From Nemertoderma westbladi (lineage: Eukaryota; Animalia; Xenacoelomorpha): 42,976 bases of DNA. Both the position numbers and the translations under genes were made by a program. The stretch is from positions 1-42,976 of the forward strand of contig JAUCBJ010008132.1 in assembly GCA_032718475.1 (NCBI GenBank), given 5' to 3'. The notes below the pieces were generated by a model that was not told the origin of the DNA, searched no databases, and saw only the letters and a list, made by a program, of their open reading frames with translations. Shown here piece after piece: positions 22,601-35,040 of this stretch; position 1 is the stretch's first letter; each line of letters starts with the position of its first letter.

Positions 22601-23200
22601 CTCCCGCTGGTCGGACCACCTACATTTGCTGCGTTCGTATTAATAGCACCATTATCAACAATATTACCATCTAAATTATTTGAATTATTTAAATTATTTT
22701 GTTCGGAATTCGGATTATTATTTAAATTATTTTGTATATTTAAATTAGAATTAGGATTAGGATTATTTTGTTCATTTGAATTAAAATTATTATTTAGATT
22801 ATTTTGTATATTTAAGTTAAGATTATTTGGATTATTTTGTATATTTAAATTTAAATTATTATTACCGGGTAAAAGGTTATTTCCTGCAATGAAAGTTTGG
22901 TTAGGGTTGTCTACTACGGTACTATTAATATTAATGCCTTCTAACGTATTATTATTACCCCCACCCGTACGGTTACACCAGTCCTGGGTCTGTCGTCCAG
23001 TGCCTGTAAGTGGGGTATTAACGAACGTCTCCATGCCTTCTGGCTCCTCGTAAATACTACCCGAGCCAGCCTCACTCTCAGATAATCCCAATTGCGCCAG
23101 TTCTAGTCGGCGCTTTTGCTTGGCCTGATATTGCATAAGCCCCCTTAACCGGGCAAGCATATCATCCCGCATACGCTTTCCCGCTCTCTCTCTTTCTCTA
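19690..23200 (-). pseudogene. BEL gag-protease-(integrase C-terminal remnant)
   Basis: Track ORFs 22492..23172, 21762..22217, 21121..21669, 20603..21163 and 19690..20493 in BEL order, joined through frameshifts and a TGG>TGA stop at 20603-20605. Confidence 0.78.
22660..22865 (-). repeat. Asn-rich coding repeat (NLNIQNNPNN) in the BEL gag
   Basis: AT-rich degenerate tandem inside a GC-richer element, in frame in ORF 22492..23172. Confidence 0.8.
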
Positions 23201-24942
23201 TCCTCTTGTAAACTTTGATTCGCTAATTCTGCCTCCCTCGCCTCCCGCTCTTTACGCTCGTTTGCCTCTCTCTCTACCCTTGCCTCTCGCTCTTTACGCT
23301 CATTCTCTACTTTCGCCTCTCGCTCTTTACGCTCGTTCTATACTTTCGCCTCTCGCTCTTTACACTCATTCGTCTCTCTCTCTTCTTGCTCTCTACAATT
23401 CCTGGCCACCCTCTCGGCCCTCTCTCTACACTCCCTTGCCAACTCCCTCTCTTTCTCTAGTAACGCAGTTCCCTCATCCAACTGCCTCTCTAATTCTTTC
23501 TGGTCTAGCGCCACCATGTCTAGTTAACACGCCAGATCTATCTCCAACACCCTTCCTGCTTTTACTGAGGATGTAGCGGACTTATCAGTCGCGACGGACT
23601 CCCGTCGCCTCTCTGTCCTACTAACTTTCTCCCGCTTTCTGGGGTTCTTGCTAACCGATGAGACCGAATCCTCGGGGTTAACCTCGGGTTCGCCCTCGTG
23701 CGGATCCGCCCAACCCACTAACTTAATTCCCCTAGCATCCACTAAGTACGGCCCTACGTACACTACTTCAGGCTCCATAACCCCGGATCGCCAACAGTTC
23801 GAATAGTTCGGTGGCGACCCCCCTCGCTCTCTCACTCGCCAGTTCTCCCTGTCCAAAATGGACTAAATACCAGAAATGTTTGTTAGACTCATCTAGCTTT
23901 TGGTGTAACTTAGGCTGGTCTACCTTTCCTCCCTCTCTGGCCTCCTTCAGTAGTTTCTTCGTGCCGTTGTAGGCCCGTCATAGCTGATCACTCGTCCCGA
24001 CGTCGTCTTCGCCGACATCTCCTCCTCCTCTCCTCATTCGGCGTCGTACCGGCGGCCCCACCGTCGCCGTTCCAGTGGGCCGTCCATCACCCTCGGCCTG
24101 TGGCTGGCCGGTGACTTCGGTACTCCGACCACCGTCGTGCGTCGACTCGTCCCTCCCTCATGGTTGATGGCCGCCCTCCGCTTGGGCTACCGGATCGTCC
24201 CTCATCGGCGAATCCTGCGTCGCTGGCCGATACCGTCTCGTTGCGGCCTTGCGGATCGTTTGGTTGGTATCGTCCAGGGTCCGCGGCGGCGTTCTCTCTC
24301 CCTCTGATAATCGGGGTTCTCCTGTGCTCATCTTTACTTCCCCTAGCATTCACAGTTTATTGGCAGTTGTGGATTGTTCGCTCGGCAAATTGTTCACTGT
24401 GATGGGATCAGAGATCCCGACCGGGTAGATTGTTATACGCGTCACCGCAGGCTTTGAGATGGTATTGATAGCTTGGCCGAGGCCGTTGGAGAAAAGCGAT
24501 CAGAGTTCGATGTTGTTCCTTGATGTTATAATATATATATAATAAATAGCACAATAATGTATGACAGAGATAATAGTATAATATATGATGCCGGTAATAG
24601 TATATGATGACAGCCGATGTCGATGACGGTGAACAATTGTTACCGGTCTGCACTAAAACTGAGTAACTAACTAACTGAATAACAAACCGGTAACGGGAGG
24701 TAATATATGATTGATATACCAATATTGCTTCATCTCCTACTCTACTTTGGCCTGTTACCTAATGGATGCTCTCCTGTGCCCTATCATGTGCTTTCCTCCC
24801 CCTTATTGGCTAATATGCTACTTGTCACCCTTGCACTCTCTGGGAGTGTTTCCCCTCTGCTGCTAGCCTCTACTAGCTGTGTCCCCTCCGAGGTGGTTTG
24901 ACCTCTAACCTTCCTTTGTGTGTGGCTTCGGGGCTTGTGTTG

Positions 24943-24964
24943 CCCCCCCCCCCCCCCCCCCCCC
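24943..24964. repeat. Poly(C)/poly(G) run of ~22 nt
   Basis: Direct reading of the sequence. Confidence 0.95.
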
Positions 24965-25359
24965 AAATGTTGGTTGTGATACGAGATTAATATTGCTAAT
25001 CTCGTATCTCCAACATATTGCTGAAAATGCCACTATCCCATTTTCTGGTGGGTAATGAGGCGGAATTGAATCCGCTTACAAATAATTATCGAAACAATTA
25101 CTCACAAAATTATACAAGGCCTAATATTGTATTTTACTTACATATTAGATTCAATGTGACCCTTATGTAACTTTATATATATATATATAATATGTATCTT
25201 TCTGTGCTATTATGAATGGTATTATAAATACTATAATAATTTCAAGTGAAATTTGGGTTTGATGTACAGTAGCATGCTATCATCTCGGGACTATGTGAGT
25301 AGGAACCACACTGGGGAAATAGCCTATCAAATCTTTTTATACTACTTGAACGGCTAACA

Positions 25360-28300
25360 GGTCTATAAATATAGTTTCTCTAAATTGTAATGGATTGCAA
25401 AATAACGTAAAAAGAAAAGCTACTTTCGAGAAACTAAAAAGGGCTAAATTTGACATTTGCTTCCTCCAAGAAACACATTGCTCTAATTCAGACTTAAATA
25501 AGTGGTCTAACGAATGGGGACATGATAGCATGTTTACCGTTACAAGCTCACAATCCGTGGGTGTTGCATTACTTTTTGGAGATGGCCTTCAGGCTAAAGT
25601 AACGAAGCGCCTTATTGACACAGAAGGGCGCTTTATAATCGCAGATATAGCAATTAGTGACACAATTTTGACACTGGTTAATATATACAACTATAATATT
25701 GACTCCCCTGCACTGATAGAAAAAATTAAAAATGAAGTCTTGCAACACTTTGACGGGTGCAACATTTTCTGGGCTGGGGACATCAATTGTGTCATCAATA
25801 TAAACATAGATAAAAAAGGGGGATTAGCAAAGACAAATGAAAATGTGCAACAGCGTATCTTTAGACACAATGGAACATTTAAATTTATTCGACATTTATC
25901 GTGTGGTAAATCCACAGGGTCGACTGTATTCACATAGACAAAAGGTACAATCTACATGAAAAGATTTTTTTCTGGTTTCGAGCAACATTGCTTCAATAGC
26001 CGACACCTGCGGGTTGTTTTCTGGGTATAAGTCAGACCATTCAGCTGTTTCTTTCACATTTATTTTGCCAAACAATTATAATAACCGGCCAAAAGGTGTT
26101 GGCTATTGGAAGCATACAGTAATAATAACTTATTAAATGATGAAAAATATGTAGAACTAGTATAAAAAAACAATTTCAGAAACCGCCACACAGTATGAGA
26201 ATACAGCCGATCCACACTTACTTTGGGAAGTCATTAAATTAAATGTTAGAACTCAAGCGATAAGTTTTTCAATTAAAAAAAAAAGGAAACAAAATGAGCA
26301 ATATGAAAAATTAAATAGAAATATTTCAGAAATGCAAGAAAAATAAAATTTTTTAAATAATGATGAAATGAAACTTTTTCAAGAGCTAAGAGATAAGATA
26401 CATAGAATGGACTGTGATAAAACGGAAGAAGCAATTTTTAGAGCCAAATTACAAAATTATGAAGTGGGGGAAAGGCGAACTAAATACTTTCTAAACTTAG
26501 AAAAGATAAAATCAAAAATACAATATTTCATCACTAAAAGTTGTTAAGAGAAGGCAATGGTTTTAAACGAATTTTTATTGCTAAAGACATCTTAGAAGAA
26601 TCAGCCAAATTCTATGAAAATCTGTATACATCCAAAATCGCGATAGTAATAAACACATAAGGAGAAAAGTAACAGATGCGTTTTTTAGTAAATGTAAGAA
26701 TATCCCAAAATTAAACGCATCTGACATTGAAATTCCTGACAAAAATTTAACAGAAAACGAGGTTCTTGATTCTCTAAAACTTATAAAAGTTTTTTTGGAA
26801 TTATATAAAACAATACTTACTGGCCAGTTTCGTATATACTTTTCAATCGCAGACACTATCACAATCACAGCAACAGGGGATTTTTTCAATATTCCCGAAA
26901 AAGGATAGAGAGACCTGGCCTATCTAGAAAATAGACGACCAATTACATTACTTAACACCGACTATAAAATACTTACTAAACTTCTCGCAAACCGTCTAGT
27001 AAGACGATATTAATAGAGAGACCAGACAGAATTTATAAAATGCAGATATATCGGAGAAAATATATGTAGAGTTATAGATACAATTGATCAACTGGAGGAA
27101 GAGGATGAATCTGGTGTTTTAGTCAATGTGGACTTCAGAAAGGCATTCGATTCTATAGAGTGGGATTTTATTAAGGAAACATTATCATTCTTAAACTTTC
27201 CAAATTCGTTTATTATTTGGTTCAATGTTTTGTACAACAATAAATTTAAACTTTCTATACAGAACAATGGTTTTTTCCAGAACATTTTCTCCAGGGAGGG
27301 GAGTCTGGCAGGGTTGTCCCCTGTCTGCATATCTTTTTGTGCTTGCCGTGGAGATCTTAGTGGAAGCAGTTAGATGTACCGACAATATCGTTGGATTAGG
27401 TGTCAATAATCTGGAAAATAAATTGTCACAGTACGCCGATGATACAAATTTTTTTATAATTGATGACGCTGATGTTCTAGAATTCCTACTAGTTTTATTA
27501 GAACAATTTGCTCTGGTCTCAGGACTCGAACTAAATGAATCCAAAACCGAAATTATCCGTATAGGCAAAATAAAGAATTCTAGAATAAAACTATGCCCCC
27601 ATCGTAAATAAAAATGGTTAGAGCTGGATCAACCTTTCAATGTCCTTGGTGTTTTAATATCATCTGATAATACCAAAATAGAACAAATGAATTTTGCACG
27701 ATGTATTGAAAAAGTTAAGATAATAATAAATTTATGGAGAAAACATAAGCTGACACTTTTAGGTAGAGCTACAATCATTAATTCACTCATACTGCCAAAA
27801 TTTATGTATAGCTTCTCGTGCTTGAAAACACCATCGCAAACTACCATGAACAATATAAATGACATTATAAAAGACTTTTTGTGGGAAGAAAACCTCCAAA
27901 ATTCAAACATTATATACTTATTGCGGATATTACAACTGGGGGTATAAAACTGCCAGACGTAGTGGAGTATGCAAAAAGTCAGAAAATAAAATGGATAGCT
28001 AAAATCTCTAAAAGAGAAAACTGAGTTATATGGAACGAACTCGCATGAAATAGCTTTACAAAAAGTATAAATAATGATATTTTTACGTGTTGCTGTAACT
28101 TACACGAGAAGGATGTTAAAGGTATAAACAAAAATAATAAATTATGATTATATCTAGCTCAATTCTAAAATAAAAATTAACAATAAACCACTATTTTGGC
28201 CTGATTGGATCTCAAAAGGGATATATATATTGTGCCACTTAATTGCACCAGATAGCAATCGCTTTATGACATTTGAAGAGATTGCAAATACATATGGTGT

Positions 28301-29040
28301 TCCAGCTAACAATCAGTTCCATTATATTACGATGCTATTACACCGAACTACAGAAAGATACTAAGAACTAAAATTCAAGGTCCAGCCTTTATAAAAGCTC
28401 ATTATATTTTCGGAGTGGGGTCAACAAAACGCGCATACCTCACTTTCATACATGAAGAAAAACAAACAAATACAAAAGCAATGGAAAAATGGATGAATGA
28501 TTTGAACACTCTAATTACAACCAAAGATTGGAAACATTACTATAAATCGGTCAACATCAAGGGAGATAAAATTGTGGAACTTTCAGTATCATCTTTTACA
28601 CAGGAGACTACCCATAAACAGCTACTTGGCTAAGATTGGTATCTTACAATCAAACATATGTGCATTTTGTCATACTGACGAGGAAAGTCTATATGCACCT
28701 TTTTTGGGAGTGTGAACATGTGAAATGGTTTCTCTGTGACTTAAAAACCTGGTGGCTACGAAAGACAAGGCTAGAACTACATGTTTCTTGTAAGTCACTT
28801 ATCTTTGGCTTCAGTTCTCCGGTACCGAAATTAGTAAATTTGGTTGTAATGATAGCAAAATACTACATTTACTGCGAAAAGTTTTCAGCTAGTCCAAATT
28901 TTAATATAGAGGCACTACAAATGAGATTTAAAAAAATATATAACTATGAAAAATTTACCGCAACCAGGGAATCACGTTGGGATAATTTCACTTGGGCCAT
29001 AAAAAATGCAATGGAAACAAGCTAAATGTTCTCAAGCTGG
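25360..29040 (+). mobile_element. Decayed L1/Tx1-clade LINE, ORF2 only (APE endonuclease, RT, Cys-rich C-terminus)
   Basis: SINIVSLNCNGL, FLQETH, AGDIN, SDH, RPITLLNTDYKILTK, DFRKAFD, QGCPLS, QYADD, LTLLGR..INSL, HLFWEC; many frameshifts and stops; no ORF1 and no poly(A) seen. Confidence 0.92.
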
Positions 29041-29123
29041 TAGCAGCAGCAGCATATTTGAAACTATATAGTGCTATACTACCGGTGTATACTAGTATTA
29101 TAGTTGTATAGGGCATGTGACTA

Positions 29124-29540
29124 ATGAATGTATGTACAATACTTAGTGCATGCTTGGTCACGCCACAACAATTTGATACCCGACATCAAACAGTTATCAG
29201 AAAGAAATGTGAGACGAAGAGGCGATTTAAGCAGAACTGCCAAACTATGATAAATGGTTTGCTAGATGAGCAAGAATTCACACAGCATTCTGTTCCGCGA
29301 CGGACGACAGACAAAGTATGCAATCACCAAGCGCACATCAACTGGCCCCATTACCCCGCAGCTCCCCATATAACCAGTACAATATACCCCCATGTGCAGG
29401 AGAGTTTCATATACAGGCATCGCCACATCATCATGATCAAGCTACCTTCAGCCGTTACACTCCGACGATGGAACAATATACCCCACATATGCAACAATCC
29501 CTATCCGACGAAACATTTATCAACCTGTAAACTACATTAA
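29124..29540 (+). pseudogene. Probable C-terminal fragment of the Harbinger Myb/MADF-type partner gene
   Basis: KRRFKQNCQTMINGLLDEQE resembles the BESS-like helix of such proteins, followed by P/Q/Y-rich sequence; convergent with the transposase fragment. Confidence 0.4.
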
Positions 29541-29626
29541 TTAAAGTATCTAAACCATGTGAACTAATTCTTTACCATTGTACTATAAATAATATTATGT
29601 ATGTTTTTTGTAATATGGTACCATAT

Positions 29627-29893
29627 TTACCTCAATAGACTTTCTCCAATGTGTCTCTTGTTTCTCTTAATTTTAGTTTTGATCAAACTCAATAACTCAT
29701 CGAAAGTTGCGATTGACATTCGAGAATAATTTAAGAACTTATTATCGTCTTCTCTTAACTCATGGTATAGTTTGCCTATAGCTCCATGCGTTTCTCTTTT
29801 CTGATTAATGGGATGTATCCAAAACCTACGCCTTTTCCTTCTCATCCTATTTATACTGCAGGCAAACAACACATCAGCGATGTCCTCATCCAT
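29627..29893 (-). pseudogene. PIF/Harbinger transposase, first exon only
   Basis: RRKRRRFWIHPINQKRETHG..LYHELREDDNKFLNYSRMSIATFDELL is the typical HARBI1-like N-terminus; ends at GAG|GTAA; DDE core absent. Confidence 0.85.
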
Positions 29894-30509
29894 TGTAAGA
29901 AAATATGGTAAAATAAACCTACAATTTTATAAAATAAATTTAAATATCATTTCCGAAAAATAAAATTTATAATGATAAAATTTGTAGATGAGGAGATACC
30001 TATGATGCATGAGTCTAACAGATATAAAATATCGGGGACTATAATCTCATACGTAATGTAAACATAATAATGAATGCAATATTCACAATAAGGTGTACCG
30101 TGTACATCACTGCAGTAGCCCGTGCGCATATTTCCATTTAGGATGTCGTTTCAGCCTATGGAAGAATTTCTGGGCTTCTAATTGGCTGTTCCTTCAATAA
30201 GCTCACCTCATTGGCTAACACTCTCCCACAGCCAAAAAGTGTGCCGGTTCGGCCGAATTGTCAGAAGGGGTGTCGCTTGGGGAAAATCACTTTTATTACT
30301 TGTAAATTTTACTTAAGCCTGCTTACTCCTTCTGTATTAAACAGGCAAATAACAATTATTTTCTCATATTCAGATTCACTAATGTCTGGTGTTATTTGTC
30401 ACCACACCATTTATTGGGTTTAGTTAATTAACAAATACTACTGCCATAATTATATAACATATAATTAATTCACAATAATATTTGCGCGAGCCACGTACAG
30501 TACAGTAGT

Positions 30510-32184
30510 AGGCGAAGTCATAGTCATAGTAGGCAACTCATAGTTTCATTTCGGCAACTCATAGTTGCATTTCGGCAACTGCTAACAGGATGCGATTAGG
30601 CAAACTGATAGATGCGTTTCGTCAACTGATACTGTAGATGCGTTTCGGCAACTGATACTGTAGATGCGTTTCGGCAACTCGTGAACTAAGGCCAACTGGA
30701 TACTTAATAGAGCCTACACTGTAGGCTCTATACAGTAGTATAGTATTATCTATACTGTAGGCTACAGTATAGAGATAGGTGGAATCTCAACGTCACCATC
30801 GCATTGTATCAACATTTAGGGCAGAGCAAATCAGTATTATTTATTACCTTTGCCTCATTAAGTTTCCCATTATTCATTTTCATTCTACATTATTTTACCC
30901 ACGCCTACTCCAACACTACTGATTATTACCGTAGGCCTACACAAAACCAACAATAAACGAATATTATTGTTATTATGTCTGATCCATAAAATCACAGTTA
31001 GGGCTACCGGAAGTCTATATCCCCTTTTAAGCATAATCATTGTACCACCAGTAAGCCTGATTGAGCATCATTAGGCCCCTTGAACAAGCAGCAAAATTGA
31101 AGTTAAGTTTTGTTTCAGTTTCATTTATAAAGGCCGTAGTACATTCAACAAAATATTCAAAAAAAATAACCAATTCAACAAAATGGTAACTGAAATTAAT
31201 TATTACTGAAGTTGTAGCTGGAAACCCCGCCCAGCAAGGTGCGCTTCGCTTTGTATTAGAACAACCAGATAGGGGGGAAACTGGACGCAATAAAAATTCA
31301 TCCCTCTCCAGGGGAAATTCGACACAAATAACAGCTGATTACTCTCATAAATAAAACTGTAACCTGTTCTATTGTGTCTAGTTTATTGTTTTGGTTAAAA
31401 TAACGTGCCACTGTAACCTGCTCCTTTGTGATTTGTTTTTCAGACAGAAATTGTAAACGTGATTTGTGTTTCAGACAAATGACTCCAGTTCCAAACGTAC
31501 ACATCCACAACTTCAGCTGCGGCTTATTTAAAATTAACTAACTAACTCAAGCAGTTAACAACTATTACCGTCAAAAACTATAACTAACTTAAACTTGTCA
31601 TCATTTACTTACATAAATTAGTGAAGTCTCAGTTACATTACATACGAGGGTTTGTGACCTAGTTGTCGAAACGCGACTTCAGTTCGCCGAAATGCAACTA
31701 CGAGTTGCCGAAATGCAACTACGAGTTAAAATAACGTGCCACTGTAACCTGCTCCTTTGTGATTTGTTTTTCAGACAGAAATTGTAAACGTGATTTGTGT
31801 TTCAGACAAATGACTCCAGTTCCAAACGTACACATCCACAACTTCAGCTGCGGCTTATTTAAAATTAACTAACTAACTCAAGCAGTTAACAACTATTACC
31901 GTCAAAAACTATAACTAACTTAAACTTGTCATCATTTACTTACATAAATTAGTGCAGTCTCAGTTACATTACATACGAGGGTTTGTGACCTAGTTGTCGA
32001 AACGCGACTTCAGTTCGCCGAAATGCAACTACGAGTTGCCGAAATGCAACTACGAGTTGAATTTCGGCAACAACTCGTAGTTGCCGAAACACAACTATAG
32101 CAGTTGGTGAAACTTCATTGTTCAGTTGCCGAAACGCGAATTTGAGTTGCCTAAACGTGACAGGTGCCGAAACGCGACAGAACC
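30510..32184. mobile_element. Foldback-type non-autonomous DNA element with inverted arrays of ~19-bp repeats
   Basis: (agttgcatttcggcaactc)-like units at 30530-30685; reverse-complement (gagttgccgaaatgcaact) units at 31660-31727 and 31990-32180; right end ...gccgaaacgcgacagaacc. Confidence 0.65.
31394..32058 (+). repeat. 331-bp near-perfect tandem duplication
   Basis: 31394-31724 is repeated at 31725-32055; one difference seen (gtgaag/gtgcag); GTT microhomology at the junction. Confidence 0.93.
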
Positions 32185-32250
32185 TGTTATGCTGTAGCGC
32201 TATAATTTATAAACATTACTTCTGATTTGATTGTCAATGCTGGAAATGTC

Positions 32251-32416
32251 AGCTTTCAACTTTCATGTAAGATAGAACATAGGACTAGTGCATTTTGAAA
32301 GTTGAAAGTTGCATGTTGAAAGTTGACTGTTCATGTGTGAACGTAAAACGTCCCCATAGGATACGATATGTTCTATCTTTTAAATGAATGTTGAAAGCTC
32401 ATGTGTGACCCGGGCC
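32251..32416. mobile_element. Tourist/Harbinger-like MITE, left end truncated
   Basis: Internal inverted repeat agctttcaac..agatagaacata / tatgttctatct..gttgaaagct; right end gctcatgtgtgacccgggcc followed by TAA. Confidence 0.6.
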
Positions 32417-33420
32417 TAAAGGATGCTGGATTTGCGAGAAACGAGATTGCGACAACTATGGAGAATCGGGAAACCTGAATGATCTGATTTCCACTGCATG
32501 AGCTCAAACGGCCTAACCACCTGTATCCACCACCATCCATGAAAGCCGATTATATTTCAGTGGGCACTGCTGAAGAAGTAAACATGAGGTATACCCGATC
32601 TACTTCTAAGTTCAAGACAAGGACCAACCAACACAAGGGACGCGTAGCCGTGGAAGACCGGCTATAGACCAACTTTAAAGGGGTACTGGACTATGAAGAA
32701 TCGGGAAGCCTGGAATGATTTCATTTCCACTGTATGAGCTCAAACGGAAACGGCCTAGTAGTTAGTAGACCTAGTATAATTTAACAGGCGGCATGACGAT
32801 GATATTATAGTAGGTTAATAATAACAAAATGACTGATCGATCACTAAGTAGAAAATTTGACTAATTCATAAATTCAGTTAATGACTTCGATTTGATTGCC
32901 TTATGACTAGCTTACAAGCGTGTTGGCGCCATCTCTAGCAATATTTGGAATGACTCCAACTTGCTTCATTTTGGATAAATAGTTATTGCGTAATTACTTA
33001 CGCAACTCTAAACTTTCACGTTCACAAATAACTTTACTTTACAAAAAATGGTATGTCTCCGATTCCCACACATTATATATATACGAAATATAGTAACACG
33101 TTAACCTTAAGCAGTAATTATTATAAACAGTTACTCATTAAATATAAATTATTATCTTACGTATTGGTAACCTTTAAATAGAATCGGTATTTCAGACCTT
33201 TCATTAATTTTCATCCTTAATTATGTACTATGTTTTTATATTTAAATTGCAGTAAATGTTGATAAATATTTCATCTGCATCTTTAAATCTATATTTCGAA
33301 AAACAATACAATTCACATCACAATCACATTCAATTCACACACAATCAAATTGTGTGAGTATGTAACTTGTAAAATGAGATACCCTAAACGAGATATGCTA
33401 AATGAGAGCTTATTTATCAT

Positions 33421-33712
33421 CAACACCGTCGTGGGGCGTCGCGCAGCACGCGAACTTGAGCAAGTTCGAAACAAGTTCGATTTGATCTGGAGTCAAAAGT
33501 TCGTGAGGTATTTGCCCGTAACTTTTTCTCTAGTATGCCCATACAAAATTTGGTTGAAAATGGTTAAAATCTTCGAAAGTTATTTACGAATGAATTTTTC
33601 ATTACAGACGAACAGACAGACAGACAGACAGACGGACAGACAAACAGAAAGACGGACATTAAATTTTGCCCTATTTACTAATTATAATTGTGCGCTTCAC
33701 TGGTGAAACCCC
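33421..33712 (+). mobile_element. HINE/Helentron-like non-autonomous element with (CAGA)n
   Basis: 5' motif gtggggcgtcgcgcagcacg, central caaaatttggttgaaa, (CAGA)n tract, short 3' hairpin ttcac-tg-gtgaa; motifs shared with the elements at 36808 and 38520. Confidence 0.55.
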
Positions 33713-34070
33713 GTCTTTATAAATACTTTTACGGAACATGATATTTATTTAACGGGTAGCTCGGAAAAATTTCGGAATTACAGTGGTTAACACGATTTGA
33801 TAAACAGTAATTAGGCCTACATCCCTTTTCCAGTTTCGTCAATCACATTGCCAATCTCATCCTTTGCATATCGTCGGTATTATTTAAAACAATTAATTAT
33901 TAATATAGGAAGTCATACTCCAATAACATTGAATTTAGTCTATTCCGTGGCATACTGCGCACTCACACCCAGTTTAAATTGTAATATTAATTATAAAGTT
34001 AAAGTATAGTAAATTGTATATATGTAAATGTATATGTATTGTGTATGTAAATATAAATATAAATGTATAT

Positions 34071-34360
34071 GTAAATAGTATAGTAAAAGTAAATTTTCTT
34101 CGGCCGTTATCCCAGGGATTACGCACAAAGTCAACGATTTATTTCCAGTGCGGTCCCCCCAGAACTTTACTCCCCAGAGGAAACTCCAGCTTTAGCTACC
34201 ATTTAAGGATGCAGAGCAGAGATGAACCCTGACTAGCGACCCTTCAAAGAATTCGTGCCGAAACAAAAACTGCCCCGGCCCCCATGCGGGGTAGGAACCC
34301 AAGACCTCCGGAGAGATGTGAATTAAATGCAACCTTACACTTAGGCTACACTTAGGTGGA
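34071..34360 (-). mobile_element. tRNA-derived SINE, second copy
   Basis: Reverse complement aligns along its length with 14931-15209; the tail decays into (GTAAAT)-like low complexity toward 34000. Confidence 0.88.
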
Positions 34361-34477
34361 CAAATCTCTGCCATCCATCAAGTTCTAAGTTGTTTTCCAA
34401 TAAAACAAAATCTCTCTAAATAGGTACTAATTGTAATGCCATTAAATCATGACTCATATTGGAGTATTGGCAATCAA

Positions 34478-34533
34478 CTTTATTGGTTTATTGCTAACAA
34501 TGATTTATTGCTAACAATGGTTTATTGCTAACA
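34478..34533. repeat. 17-bp tandem repeat x3 (tttattgctaacaatg)
   Basis: Direct reading of the sequence. Confidence 0.8.
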
Positions 34534-35040
34534 ACTGCATCATTTAGGTAACGTGTTGCATTGCTGTATTAAACAATACATGTATACAGGCATAGTATAG
34601 TCTTAAATACTACATATTCCACTATCAAGTCGTGGCTATTGCTTACATGGCAATAAATTTTAACTGAACTTTATAAAGAAAACAGAGTTTATTTAAAGAC
34701 GGACCATATTTTTATTTACCTGTAATTGCTATAATAACACATTCCAACAACTTTGCCATCAAACTTTCAAACAGCACAAACTATTACTAATACTAGACAG
34801 CACACACAATGTGTTAATTAATTAATTAATTATTTAATTATTTTATACTTACACAATGATTACAAAGTAAAATACCAAAATACCAAAATATGAAATAAGG
34901 GTTTCTTCTAAAACAGTTTCTGGTCGCAATGTTTCCGGAATGTCGCGAGGAGAGGGGCACGGCATCTGCCCCCCTGCCTAATGACAGGGGGGGACAAGGG
35001 AAGCAGCCCGTTAAGAATTACCTCACACAACGGTTATACT

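Larger units (their letters stand above)
18398..25015 (-). mobile_element. Degenerate non-autonomous BEL/Pao LTR retrotransposon derivative (boundaries uncertain)
   Basis: Pao gag LPPVEPFKFDG..YLQF..CLKYLQVYTGGPA; Cys/His knuckles CQLHSNALHQTMNC and CHRCVAGRHKAEQC; protease VVPVRV..LVDSGAAFTLV..AILTLFG(W); integrase-tail-like ECEGAFNSEPL..LMPVHILRGRP; many frameshifts; no RT or RNase H motifs seen. Confidence 0.8.

Noticed and set aside
19973-24402. Plus-strand ORFs over the BEL region
   Set aside because: Antisense shadows of purine-rich coding sequence; low-complexity S/L/P content.
24460-24476. TGGTATTGATAGC as a tRNA-iMet PBS
   Set aside because: Wrong strand for the BEL ORFs, poor match, and not preceded by an LTR end.
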